From Nitrospinaceae bacterium (GTDB lineage Bacteria > Nitrospinota > Nitrospinia > Nitrospinales > Nitrospinaceae), in the NCBI GenBank assembly GCA_965223665.1, contig OZ245011.1, positions 3,392,001 to 3,456,000 on the forward strand: 64,000 bases of DNA, read 5' to 3'. The position numbers were made by a program, and so were the translations under genes. Shown in pieces: positions 47,423 to 57,098 of this stretch (within the stretch, counting starts at the first letter, position 1; each line of letters begins with the position of its first letter). Under the pieces are notes generated by a model. It did no database searches. It was not told the origin of the DNA and saw only the letters and a program-made list of their open reading frames with translations.

Positions 47423-48535
47423 TTGAGATTCTTTTACCTAATTATTACGATAACGGTCATTTTGGGGATGTCAACTGCTGCAGGTAGAGCCGAAAAACCC
47501 TTTCGTTCGGCTTTAAAGGGCTATAACTACCAATTTCCACGTGATTTTTATGCGCATGAGGATTTTCGCATTGAATGGTGGTATTACACCGGAAACTTAG
47601 CCGATAAGGGAGGTAAAGAATATGGATATCAACTAACTTTTTTCCGAGTGGGTCTTGATCCACAAAAAAAAATACAAAATCCTTCAAAATGGGCCGTTAG
47701 GCAAATTTATTTCGCTCATATGACCGTGACAGATATTGATTCAGGAGAGTTTTTCTTTTTTGAACGAGTCAATCGGAAAGGTCTGGGTCAAGCGGGAGCG
47801 TCCTCAGACAAACTTTTTGTTTGGAATGAAGATTGGGTTCTTTCGGAAAAAAGTGGAAAACATCACTTGGTGGCAAATGAATCTAGGGTAGGATTAGATC
47901 TTTGGTTAACCCCAGAAAAAGAACTGGTAATCCACGGCAAGGAGGGAATCAGTAAAAAAGGGGATACTCCCGGGAATGCCTCCCATTATTTTTCTTTTAC
48001 TCGAATGAAAACTCAAGGAAAATTAAAAGTAAACGGAAAAGAGGTTCTGGTGAATGGTTCCAGTTGGATGGACCATGAGTTTTCCAGCAATCAGTTGAGT
48101 TCGAACCAAATTGGTTGGGATTGGTTTTCCCTTAAATTAAACAATTTTGAAGAGATTATGCTGTATCAAATCCGTTTAAAGGGTGGGGGAGTCGAAAAGA
48201 ATTCCAGCGGTACTTGGGTCAAAGCAAATGGGGAAAAAATTCATTTACCCTTTTCAAGCTATAAAATATCTACCCAAGGCAGTTGGACAAGTGAAATTAC
48301 CGAGGCAACCTATCCTTCAGGTTGGATTATAGAATTGCCTGAACATTCCATTCGTTTACAGGTTTCGCCTGATGTTGCAAATCAAGAGTTGACTCAATTA
48401 CGTTCCATTGCATCTTCCTATTGGGAGGGAAGTGTGACAGTCGATGGGATTATTGATGGTAAAAAAATTTCTGGAAAAGGCTACGTGGAACTAGTCGGAT
48501 ACCAAAAGGATTTAAGACAAGAGTTACCCAATTAA
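47423..48535 (+). CDS. AttH/CrtC-like lipocalin-fold secreted protein
   Basis: FPRD..AH..FRIEWWYYTGNL, WMDHEFSS, GWDWFSL, YWEG and GYVELVGY motifs. Confidence 0.85.
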   Translation: MRFFYLIITITVILGMSTAAGRAEKPFRSALKGYNYQFPRDFYAHEDFRIEWWYYTGNLADKGGKEYGYQLTFFRVGLDPQKKIQNPSKWAVRQIYFAHMTVTDIDSGEFFFFERVNRKGLGQAGASSDKLFVWNEDWVLSEKSGKHHLVANESRVGLDLWLTPEKELVIHGKEGISKKGDTPGNASHYFSFTRMKTQGKLKVNGKEVLVNGSSWMDHEFSSNQLSSNQIGWDWFSLKLNNFEEIMLYQIRLKGGGVEKNSSGTWVKANGEKIHLPFSSYKISTQGSWTSEITEATYPSGWIIELPEHSIRLQVSPDVANQELTQLRSIASSYWEGSVTVDGIIDGKKISGKGYVELVGYQKDLRQELPN

Positions 48536-48543
48536 ATACTTCA

Positions 48544-49308
48544 CTATTGAGGGTAAGGCAAAATTAAACTTAAGCAAGTTACCCCTCCATCGGCTTTTTC
48601 AAATTCGCTCATTGAAATGGGAAGAGGTTTCCATCCTTGATTGGAAAGAGTTTCAGTTAATTTGGGGAATCCTTTCGGTAAAATCACATTATCCCCTATT
48701 GCCAGGCAATTGGCAGCATAGCTTTCCTTGGGGTCCACTATTATTTTTTTAAATCCGTTAAAATGAGAGTCATCGACCATCTTAGGATTCAAAACTATAG
48801 TATTATTTCCTAAATAACTTACCGATGATTTCAAATGAAGATCCTTATTGACTTCAACGGGAATAATTTTTTTTGGTGAGTTTTTTGCCAGTTCTAAAAC
48901 GGCGTTATGGTTTGTTCGAGAGGATTGTCCAATAAAAATAACCTTTTCTGTCTGTAAAATATCCCCTCCATCAATAGTAACTGGTGAAAATAAAACCTCA
49001 ACTTTAAGGAACTCTTCTAATTCTTTCTTGGTTAAATCTGTCTCCCCTTTTCTGGTGGAAGACTTCATGGAACAAAGCAAAGCCTTATTTTCAAGGATTA
49101 TTGCATTGTCTTCAATGAATACACTATCCGGGAAATTTTCTAAAGGGGGTAAAGTTCTTACTTGGATTCCGGATTTTCTTAAAGACTTTACGTATTCATT
49201 ATGCTGCTTTAAGGCCGTTCGGAATTCAATGGTTTCCCTATCTGGATGATTTGATATTGCCTTAACAAACGAGGTACCGGGAGAACGGACCATTGCCAAC
49301 AAATTCAT
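48544..49308 (-). CDS. ddaH: Dimethylarginine dimethylaminohydrolase / amidinotransferase-family hydrolase
   Basis: FPDSVFIED, DGGD, HLKS, YAANC and KADGGVTCLS catalytic motifs. Confidence 0.85.
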   Translation of the reverse strand: MNLLAMVRSPGTSFVKAISNHPDRETIEFRTALKQHNEYVKSLRKSGIQVRTLPPLENFPDSVFIEDNAIILENKALLCSMKSSTRKGETDLTKKELEEFLKVEVLFSPVTIDGGDILQTEKVIFIGQSSRTNHNAVLELAKNSPKKIIPVEVNKDLHLKSSVSYLGNNTIVLNPKMVDDSHFNGFKKIIVDPKESYAANCLAIGDNVILPKGFPKLTETLSNQGWKPLPISMSEFEKADGGVTCLSLILPYPQ

Positions 49309-49313
49309 GACAA

Positions 49314-49802
49314 TTATTTTTTTGTTTTTTCCTCTAAGGTGGGCATATTCATGAGACGAGAAATATATAGCATGGTTAATTTCTTTTTGCAGACTTTATA
49401 TCGTTTCAAAATTTCCTTAGTAGGTAAAAGTGAATCATCGGTCCGGTGTTTCTGGGCCATGTATACTACCCCATTGACAAAAGTGAAGTCGTGTTTGGTG
49501 AAGCGCATTTTTTTTCGCAGATATTCATCAGGGTGATGATATAGTTCGTCTAGTTTCGGTAAAAATTTTTCATCTATTTCGTATAATATTCCCTCCATCA
49601 TTCCTAAATTACTATCTGTTGGAACAATATTAGGATCGCCAACTCCCTCAACACCTTGGTTGTCAACAGGGATCTTATTGAATTTTAAACGATAAGCCGA
49701 AAGGGTGACGCTAAAGGAAGCATTATATTCGAGCCCGTGCTCTTCCATTTTTTGAGGAATCATCATTTCATCGTAAGCGAACCAATGGATAAAGTTGGGC
49801 AT
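49314..49802 (-). CDS. Gamma-glutamylcyclotransferase-like (AIG2) protein, divergent
   Basis: WFAY, YRLKFNK, NIVP, GILYEI, LD..Y and P..E motifs of the GGCT fold. Confidence 0.65.
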   Translation of the reverse strand: MPNFIHWFAYDEMMIPQKMEEHGLEYNASFSVTLSAYRLKFNKIPVDNQGVEGVGDPNIVPTDSNLGMMEGILYEIDEKFLPKLDELYHHPDEYLRKKMRFTKHDFTFVNGVVYMAQKHRTDDSLLPTKEILKRYKVCKKKLTMLYISRLMNMPTLEEKTKK

Positions 49803-50066
49803 AAAGTCACTCCTGAATTAGAAAATTTAATGGGTTTTTGAAACCTTACCAAATATTACAGGCAAGTTTCAAAAAGTTTTTCTAATATTTTTTGAATCAT
49901 TTTAGTCCTTTTATGAATCTTCCTTGAAAAGAAGGTATAAATGTTTTAGGGTTATAGGGTCGAGAGAAGGTATGTTTCCAATTCCTTTTTCGAAATCATG
50001 CCAATAAATCCATTTGGGCCTTCCGGTAAGGGCAATTAAAGAATTACATCTTAAGGAGATCAATTT

Positions 50067-50399
50067 ATGTCTGGCAGCAAAATTGTTACAGTTTCGGATT
50101 CTGAGTTTGACTCATCCGTATTAAATGCAGGAAAACCCGCTTTAATCGATTTTTGGGCGGAATGGTGCCAGCCCTGCAAAATGTTGGCCCCTACGGTAGA
50201 GGAGCTTGCAAATGATTATGATGGTCAGGTTTTGGTTGGAAAACTTAACGTAGATGATAATCCCAATACTGCAACTAAATATGGAATTCGGGGAATTCCA
50301 ACTCTATTGTTGTTTAAGGATGGTCAGGTAGTTCAGCAGGTGGTTGGGGTCAAATCCAAAGCAGAAATCAAAAAAATTATTGATGAGAATATTGCATAA
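50067..50399 (+). CDS. trxA: Thioredoxin
   Basis: DFWAEWCQPCK and YGIRGIPTL motifs; AAGGAG RBS. Confidence 0.96.
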   Translation: MSGSKIVTVSDSEFDSSVLNAGKPALIDFWAEWCQPCKMLAPTVEELANDYDGQVLVGKLNVDDNPNTATKYGIRGIPTLLLFKDGQVVQQVVGVKSKAEIKKIIDENIA

Positions 50400-50407
50400 T
50401 GTAGTGG

Positions 50408-50432
50408 AACCCCTCGGATATATTGAGGGGTT
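50408..50432. terminator. Rho-independent terminator between convergent trxA and bioB
   Basis: AACCCCTC-N9-GAGGGGTT stem followed by TAGTTTTTT. Confidence 0.7.
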
Positions 50433-51472
50433 TAGTTTTTTTGTTCCTCTTTAGAAGCTACTCCACTCATTCCAATAGATTCAGCAGATTCAAAAACAGG
50501 GTAAAGTCCTAAACTTTCTATCATTTCTATATCTCTTTTGGGATCTTGTCCTTTAGTAGTCAGGTAATCTCCACCTAGAATCCCATTTGCACCTGCAGCA
50601 AACAATTTTTCTTGCTGATCGGCAAGTATTTCTTCTCGACCTCCGCAAACAAAAAAGTCCATCTTGGGCATGACTAACCGAAGTAAAGCAATGGTTTTTA
50701 ACGCTTCATAGACGGGTAAAAGCTTTAGAGATTGAAGGGCGGTTCCTTCAATGGGTTTTAAAAAATTGATAGGAAAGGTATCGGTATCCAATTCTCTTAT
50801 TGCTAATGCAAGCTCTACTCTTTGGGCAAAAGATTCTCCCATTCCAAAGATACCGCCTACACAAACCTGCAAACCTGCTTCCTTAGCGTTTCGTACTGCT
50901 TCCACTTCGTCTTGATAAGAGTGTGTAGTTACAATTTGATCAAAGTGGCTCTCTGAAGTTTCGAGATTATGGTGGAATCGATCTAATCCCGCTTCTTTAA
51001 GTTCTTTTAAGTGTTCAGTTTTCATTAAACCCAATGAACTGCATGTTTCAAGATTGGTTTCTTCTTTAATACGCCGAATGGCTTGTTTTAAAATATTTAG
51101 TTCTTTTGGATCATTTATAGATGTTCCGGAGGTTACGACGGAAAATTCATTGGAGCCAAATGCCTCGGCTCTTTTGGCCGCAGAAACAATTTCATCGACA
51201 TCCATCATTTCATATTCAGGAGATTCTGTCTCAAAACTAGAGGATTGAGCACAGAACCCACAATTTTCAGGACATTTCCCAGACTTTGCATTTACAATAG
51301 AGCAAATTTTTACTTCACTACCTTTGAATTTGCTACGAATTTTGTCTGTTCCCTGGAATAAATACTCCAATTCTTTCTGGTCAAGGTTATCTAAAGCTAA
51401 AGCTTGTTCTTTGGAAATACCTTCGCCAGAAAGAGCATGATTTATAATTGAATCAATAAATTCTTTTTTCAT
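50432..51472 (-). CDS. bioB: Biotin synthase
   Basis: NAKSGKCPENCGFCAQS, HHNLET, CVGGIFGMGE and GANG..GDYLTT motifs. Confidence 0.95.
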   Translation of the reverse strand: MKKEFIDSIINHALSGEGISKEQALALDNLDQKELEYLFQGTDKIRSKFKGSEVKICSIVNAKSGKCPENCGFCAQSSSFETESPEYEMMDVDEIVSAAKRAEAFGSNEFSVVTSGTSINDPKELNILKQAIRRIKEETNLETCSSLGLMKTEHLKELKEAGLDRFHHNLETSESHFDQIVTTHSYQDEVEAVRNAKEAGLQVCVGGIFGMGESFAQRVELALAIRELDTDTFPINFLKPIEGTALQSLKLLPVYEALKTIALLRLVMPKMDFFVCGGREEILADQQEKLFAAGANGILGGDYLTTKGQDPKRDIEMIESLGLYPVFESAESIGMSGVASKEEQKN

Positions 51473-51597
51473 ACCTTTAACCTTTTGGTTTTCTTAGCTT
51501 GATATAAAAAATGTAATAAACGTTAAATTGAAAAATAAGGAAAAATACTAACACAACCTATTGGGAAAAGAAATGGATTACCTAATCAACTATTAAG

Positions 51598-53691
51598 TCA
51601 TTGGTTTTCTATAGGTTGCCGATAGTCATTCAGTAATTTCTCTAAATTATCAATAGAAGTTACCGGGGCCAGGCAGGTACCGTGATGACAAACGTAGGCG
51701 GTGGCCTTTCCATCCAAGGCAGTTTTCCCTGCAAGGAGAGGGACTCGGTTTTTTTGTGAATCATCTTCCATGGAAAAAGCAAAAACTGCATTAGGGAAAA
51801 AACCTTTACGAATATAATTAAGCATTTTTTCTGTACTGGGGTGATTGCGCACCCCAATAATAGCGACCTCTTTTAAACCAGATAAATAAAGATGCAACCC
51901 TTGCATCATAAAAGCAGAGTTGAGACCGTATTCCATTAAGTCGTCATAAAAGGCGAGAAACACCTTTTCGGCTCTACGCTCAAATTCTGGATTTAGATGA
52001 TATGCAGCTAGTTTTAACCAAGCCAATGCGGCGTTGCTATTTCCCGAAGGCTCTACACCATCGTATCCGGAAATTTGGCGAACAATGAGATTTTCTCCAT
52101 CATTAGCAGTTTCATAATAGGCTTTTTCAGAACTGAACTTTTCTTCAACGATATTCATTAGCACTAGAGCTTTATCAATATAGTCAGGATTATAAGTCGA
52201 TTCATACAATTCCAAACAGGCTACAGCAATCGAACTATAATCGAATAGATATCCATCGTAACGGGCTTCACCCTCTCTGAATCTGCGTAGAAGTTTTCCA
52301 TCTTTTGTTCGCAAGTTGGTCCAAATAAACTGAAGAGCTTTTTCCGCTTTCTCAATTCGCGAATTATCTCCTAGAACTCTTCCTACCTGAGCCATAGCCC
52401 GGATCATTAGCGCATTCCACGAAGTTAAAACTTTATCATCTAAGAAAGGGCGTATACGTTGGTTTCTGACATCCAAAAGTTTTTCCCGGGCTTTTGCCAC
52501 CTTTTCAATCACGAACTCTAGTGATAAACCTTGTTCCTTAGCAATTTTTTCAGGAGGACGTGTTAAATGTAAAATATTTTTCCGTTCCCAATTGCCTGAG
52601 GCAGTAACATTATAAAAAGGGATGGCAATACTTGCTTCATTACGGGTGAGGATTTTTTCAATTTCCTCTTTGGTCCAAACATAAAACTTTCCTTCAACTC
52701 CTTCGCTATCAGCGTCCTCTGCGCTATAAAATGCTCCTTCTTCAGATGTCATATCACGATCAATATAGGTTAGTACATCATTAGCAAAATCTGCAAAATC
52801 GGGGTTATTTGTAACCTGAAAAGTTTCAATTAATGAAGTAACGAATAGTGAATTATCGTAAAGCATTTTTTCAAAATGCGGAACCAGCCAATGAAAATCG
52901 GTGCTATACCGCGCTAATCCTCCACCAATTTGGTCATAAATCCCACCATACTTCATAGCTCTAAGTGTATTTTTAACCATTTCTAAGCTATGTTTGTCGC
53001 CAGTTCTATGGTGATGTCTTAAAAGCAAGGATAATCCCATTGAAGGGGGAAATTTGTTTTGTGTTTGAAATTTAAACCCATGATTTAAATTGTCGTAATG
53101 ATCACGATAAAGCTTTTGGGTTTTATCCTCACCTGAAAAACTCAGGGATTCTAAAGACCCTGTCTGTTCCTGCTGATTTGTACTCTTTAAATATTCAATT
53201 AAGGAGGTACTCTGTTTAGTGACTTTTTCAGGTTCTGTTTCCCAGGTTTTATTAATAAACTTTAAGACGTCTAAAAAGGAAGGGAGGTTATACCGGCTGA
53301 CGGGAGGAAAGTAAGTTCCTCCATAAAAAGGAATTCCTTCAGGAGTTACAAAAACATTTAAAGGCCATCCTCCTTGTTGACCAAAAGCTTGAATGGATTT
53401 CATATAGATTCCATCAACATCCGGTCGTTCTTCTCTGTCGACTTTAATGGCAACAAAGTGATCGTTTAAAAATTTTGCGAGTTCTGGGTCTTCAAAGGAT
53501 TCTCGTTCCATTACATGACACCAATGGCAAGTTGCATAACCTATGCTTACTAAGAGAGGTTGGTTTTTTTCTTTTGCAATTTGAAAGGCTTTTTCCGCCC
53601 AGGGAAACCAATTGACAGGATTATGTGCATGTTGGAGTAAATAAGGACTTTTTTCGTGTATTAACTCATTAGTAAATATGTGATCACTCAT
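51598..53691 (-). CDS. YyaL/SSP411 thioredoxin domain plus (alpha/alpha)6 protein
   Basis: [35 protein letters not shown] and DADSEGVEG motifs. Confidence 0.92.
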   Translation of the reverse strand: MSDHIFTNELIHEKSPYLLQHAHNPVNWFPWAEKAFQIAKEKNQPLLVSIGYATCHWCHVMERESFEDPELAKFLNDHFVAIKVDREERPDVDGIYMKSIQAFGQQGGWPLNVFVTPEGIPFYGGTYFPPVSRYNLPSFLDVLKFINKTWETEPEKVTKQSTSLIEYLKSTNQQEQTGSLESLSFSGEDKTQKLYRDHYDNLNHGFKFQTQNKFPPSMGLSLLLRHHHRTGDKHSLEMVKNTLRAMKYGGIYDQIGGGLARYSTDFHWLVPHFEKMLYDNSLFVTSLIETFQVTNNPDFADFANDVLTYIDRDMTSEEGAFYSAEDADSEGVEGKFYVWTKEEIEKILTRNEASIAIPFYNVTASGNWERKNILHLTRPPEKIAKEQGLSLEFVIEKVAKAREKLLDVRNQRIRPFLDDKVLTSWNALMIRAMAQVGRVLGDNSRIEKAEKALQFIWTNLRTKDGKLLRRFREGEARYDGYLFDYSSIAVACLELYESTYNPDYIDKALVLMNIVEEKFSSEKAYYETANDGENLIVRQISGYDGVEPSGNSNAALAWLKLAAYHLNPEFERRAEKVFLAFYDDLMEYGLNSAFMMQGLHLYLSGLKEVAIIGVRNHPSTEKMLNYIRKGFFPNAVFAFSMEDDSQKNRVPLLAGKTALDGKATAYVCHHGTCLAPVTSIDNLEKLLNDYRQPIENQ

Positions 53692-54943
53692 ATAGTTTTT
53701 CTAATTCCTCAAAAAAGCTGGGAAAGGATTTTTCTACGCATTTAGGATTTAAAATTCGAACACCAGGTAACTTTAACCCGGCAAGAGAAAAGCTCATAGC
53801 CATTCGATGATCATCATAAGTATTTATGTCAGTTCCTTTCAATGGACCCGGATGAATTACCAGGTAATCTTCACCGGTTTCGACTTGAGCTCCTAATCTT
53901 GTTAACTCTTTAGATAAAGCATCAATGCGATCGGTTTCTTTTATTCTTAAATTTCCTATATGAGTGATGGTAGTTTTACCCTCTGCAAATAGGGAAACTA
54001 CAGCCAAAGTTTGAACTACATCTGGCATTGAGTTCATATTTATATTAATTCCTTTTAGGCGGTGTCCACGAACTGTAATTTTTTCTGCAGAAACATCCAC
54101 GTCACAACCCATTTGTTTTAAGACGGAGGGAAAGCCAATATCCCCTTGTACGCTTTTAGGGTTGAGATTAGTTACAGAAACTTCTCCATCCGTAATTGCA
54201 GCTGCACCGAAAAAATAGGAAGCGCTTGAGGCATCTCCTTCAACAGAATAAGCTTTTGGTTGATATTTAATTCCTGCCGGGATTTTGAATTCCTGATATG
54301 ACTCATTTTTAACATTAACCCCAAAGGTTTTCATGATATCTAAAGTGATATCAATATATGGTTTAGAAGTTAGTTCACCAATAATTTTGATAGTTGTCGG
54401 GTTTTGAAAATAGGGAGCACACATTAGCAGCGAAGTTAAATATTGACTGCTTTTATTTCCGGCCAATTGGATAGCGCCCCCAAGAGGTTGGCCTCCATTA
54501 ATTTCCAAGGGAGGGCATTGATTATTTTTAATTGACTTGGCTTCTACATTTAATTGTTTTAAGCATTCCAACAAATCTTCTATAGGTCTTTCTTGCATTC
54601 TTTCATTGCCGGTGAGATGTGTGATACCTGGAGCCAAGGTGGAGAAAGTTGTAAGAAACCGCATGGTGGTTCCCGCATTTCCTACGAAAATTTCCTTTTC
54701 AGGAACTTGCAATTGACCTCCCTTTCCGTAAACAATTATTTCATCCTGGGATTCTGAAATTTCAATTCCGAATAGCTCTAACGCTGATTTCATATAACGG
54801 GTATCGTCACTAAAAAGAGGATTTTTTAAGTGAACAATTCCTTCGGCTAGGGCTGCAATAATGTAGGCTCGATTGGTATAACTTTTTGATGCAGGAACCT
54901 TAATGGATGCTTTAATTTTTGATGTGGGTCGGATTTCTATCAA
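53684..54943 (-). CDS. aroA: 3-phosphoshikimate 1-carboxyvinyltransferase (EPSP synthase)
   Basis: [28 protein letters not shown] and DDHRMAM motifs. Confidence 0.97.
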   Translation of the reverse strand: MIEIRPTSKIKASIKVPASKSYTNRAYIIAALAEGIVHLKNPLFSDDTRYMKSALELFGIEISESQDEIIVYGKGGQLQVPEKEIFVGNAGTTMRFLTTFSTLAPGITHLTGNERMQERPIEDLLECLKQLNVEAKSIKNNQCPPLEINGGQPLGGAIQLAGNKSSQYLTSLLMCAPYFQNPTTIKIIGELTSKPYIDITLDIMKTFGVNVKNESYQEFKIPAGIKYQPKAYSVEGDASSASYFFGAAAITDGEVSVTNLNPKSVQGDIGFPSVLKQMGCDVDVSAEKITVRGHRLKGININMNSMPDVVQTLAVVSLFAEGKTTITHIGNLRIKETDRIDALSKELTRLGAQVETGEDYLVIHPGPLKGTDINTYDDHRMAMSFSLAGLKLPGVRILNPKCVEKSFPSFFEELEKLYE

Positions 54944-55183
54944 AATGAGGCCTTATAAAATATTTAATTTAATTGAAAATTGAAAGAGGATTTTGTTGGG
55001 AATTTAAACAATTGGCTTTTATATCACCACCTTAAAAATAATTCAAACTGGTGAATAATCAGGCTAGTTAGAGTAACTTGTTTCAAAGCAAGGGTTTTGA
55101 TATGATGATCCAAGATACTTCTAAGGTGGGCGTCCTTAAGCATTTGTTTTTATTGCTATTAGAGAGGGTTTGAGGCAAAGAAA

Positions 55184-55564
55184 ATGCTGGGTTCTATTAA
55201 ACAATGGTGGATTGGAAAATCTGAAAAAGAACAAAAGCGGATCAAGTCTTTTATCCCATTGGTACTTTATACTTTTGCATTTATTTATTTTGTAATTTAT
55301 TTATCCATTCTAAATTCAGTCAATCGTTATAAAGATGGATCTGTTGTCAAAAGCGGATTTGGGGGGGATAACGCAATAATTATTGAGATGCAAAAGCGTC
55401 AGGAAGAGGAAATCCAAAATAGCTTTAAATATTCACGCAAAAGAGTTTCAGGTGAGCTGGATCCTGAAACTATTGCGAAACTTAAGCAGAAAAAAGAAGA
55501 AACTCCTAAAAAATCCCAAATTGGAAACAAAAAAAATACAAATGGACAAGGTCCTAAACTTTGA
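55184..55564 (+). CDS. Hypothetical single-TM protein
   Basis: One hydrophobic helix, Lys-rich tail, GAGG RBS; overlaps the next gene by 4 nt. Confidence 0.6.
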   Translation: MLGSIKQWWIGKSEKEQKRIKSFIPLVLYTFAFIYFVIYLSILNSVNRYKDGSVVKSGFGGDNAIIIEMQKRQEEEIQNSFKYSRKRVSGELDPETIAKLKQKKEETPKKSQIGNKKNTNGQGPKL

Positions 55565-56091
55565 AGCGTTTAATTTACATTTCTAATTGGCTTTATTTAT
55601 TCTCATTAGCCCTTTGGGTAGGTGGAATGTTTTTGTTGGGAATATTAGTCGAAATAATTGTTCGCATAAAATTGAAAGAACAACCCCAAATGGCCAGCAA
55701 TATAATGAATGGAATTATGGACATTTTTAATGTCAAAATTATATATTGGTGCCTTGGCCTAATGGTGGTGGCAGTGGTAATAAAATGGTGGGTGGAAAAG
55801 AAACCCGGCACTGGTTTTCGCCAGGTGCAAGTAACAAAGCGACCTTATTTAAAAGAAATATTTTTAGGTATCATGATTGTTCTGGCTCTTTATATTGGAA
55901 GTATTTTGCGACCGCAAATGCATGAAATGGATCAACAGAAAAAAGCCAATCCCGAAAATATCAAATTACAAAAACAATTTGACAGTTATCATAGCCAGTT
56001 GACATGGTTGTATACAATCAACATGATTTTAGGGCTTTCCTTGTTTTATATTCATGGGAAGGAAATGACCCGATTCGAGGATAAATCCTAA
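55561..56091 (+). CDS. DUF4149-like four-TM membrane protein
   Basis: ALWVGGMF, four TM helices and FDSYH..LTWL motif. Confidence 0.7.
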   Translation: MKRLIYISNWLYLFSLALWVGGMFLLGILVEIIVRIKLKEQPQMASNIMNGIMDIFNVKIIYWCLGLMVVAVVIKWWVEKKPGTGFRQVQVTKRPYLKEIFLGIMIVLALYIGSILRPQMHEMDQQKKANPENIKLQKQFDSYHSQLTWLYTINMILGLSLFYIHGKEMTRFEDKS

Positions 56092-56162
56092 TCTATTAAT
56101 TGAATTCAATGTTTGTTGGCACAATAATCAAGTTAATTAATGTATAACATTGCTATTGATAA

Positions 56163-57098
56163 ATGATTCATCGTGTCCACAAAATATTTCTCAAAGTTTT
56201 TGCAGCTTTAGTTTTTCCTCATTTAATTTTTGTAATACCGATTTCTGCAGAATTATCTCCACAAGATGCAAAATCAAAATTAGATCTTCACGAATATTCC
56301 GATATGGTCGAAATTTCCGAAGGTAAGTTTAAGATGGGTTTTAACTTTAAGGAGGTTTCTAAAGTTTTAAAATGGTGCCAAAAAGTTGATAAAAAATGTG
56401 TTCGTTGGTGGTTCAAGGATGCATTCCCTTCCCGGTTGGTATATTTGGATTCTTATTGGATTGATATTTATGAAGTGACAAATGAAAAATATAGAGAATT
56501 CGTATTAGCGACTGGACATCGTCCAGCCTTAGATAGCTCTTGTAAGTCCGACAAGTGTTGGGAAAATAACCTTTGGAAAGGAAATGATTTTCATAAAGAT
56601 GTTCGGTTGCAGCCCGTAACCCAAGTCAGTTGGTTTGATGCCGATGCTTATTGTAAATGGCGTGGCAAGCGGCTTCCTACGGAAGCGGAATGGGAAAAAG
56701 CTGCAAGAGGACCCACAGGGAATATGTTTCCCTGGGGAAATGATATGCCACCTGGTCGAGCAACCTACAGGAGAAAATGGCGAGGTATTCATACCATGAC
56801 AGATGTGGGCTCATATCCTACAGGAGTTTCTATTTATGGGGTTCATGATATGGCCGGAAATGTATGGGAGTGGGTAGCAGATTGGTATGATCATAAATAT
56901 TATCAAAAAAAAATAAATAAAAACCCAAAGGGTCCAGAAAATGGAGAACTAAAAGTAGTTCGTGGGGGCTCTTGGGTAAATTTTAAAGATTCCTTGCTTA
57001 GTGCTTTTAGGCGTTGGACTCGCCCCGAGGAAAGGTATAGTGACACTGGTTTTCGATGTGCCAAGGACCCAATAAATGAAACAAAAACGGACGGATAA
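56163..57098 (+). CDS. Formylglycine-generating enzyme (SUMF1/FGE-sulfatase) domain protein
   Basis: FKMG, YEVTN, PVTQVSWFDA, RLPTEAEWEKAARG, DMAGNVWEW, RGGSW and GFRC motifs. Confidence 0.92.
   Translation: MIHRVHKIFLKVFAALVFPHLIFVIPISAELSPQDAKSKLDLHEYSDMVEISEGKFKMGFNFKEVSKVLKWCQKVDKKCVRWWFKDAFPSRLVYLDSYWIDIYEVTNEKYREFVLATGHRPALDSSCKSDKCWENNLWKGNDFHKDVRLQPVTQVSWFDADAYCKWRGKRLPTEAEWEKAARGPTGNMFPWGNDMPPGRATYRRKWRGIHTMTDVGSYPTGVSIYGVHDMAGNVWEWVADWYDHKYYQKKINKNPKGPENGELKVVRGGSWVNFKDSLLSAFRRWTRPEERYSDTGFRCAKDPINETKTDG

Noticed and set aside
15428-49802. Dispersed glutathione-like cycle (ligase, glutaredoxin, M20 dipeptidase, GGCT-like)
   Set aside because: The genes are scattered over more than 30 kb in unrelated operons and the GGCT motif is degenerate; no sequence evidence of co-regulation.
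56116-56133. TTGGCACAATAATCAAG as a sigma54 promoter for the FGE gene
   Set aside because: Good -24 element but no GC at -12.
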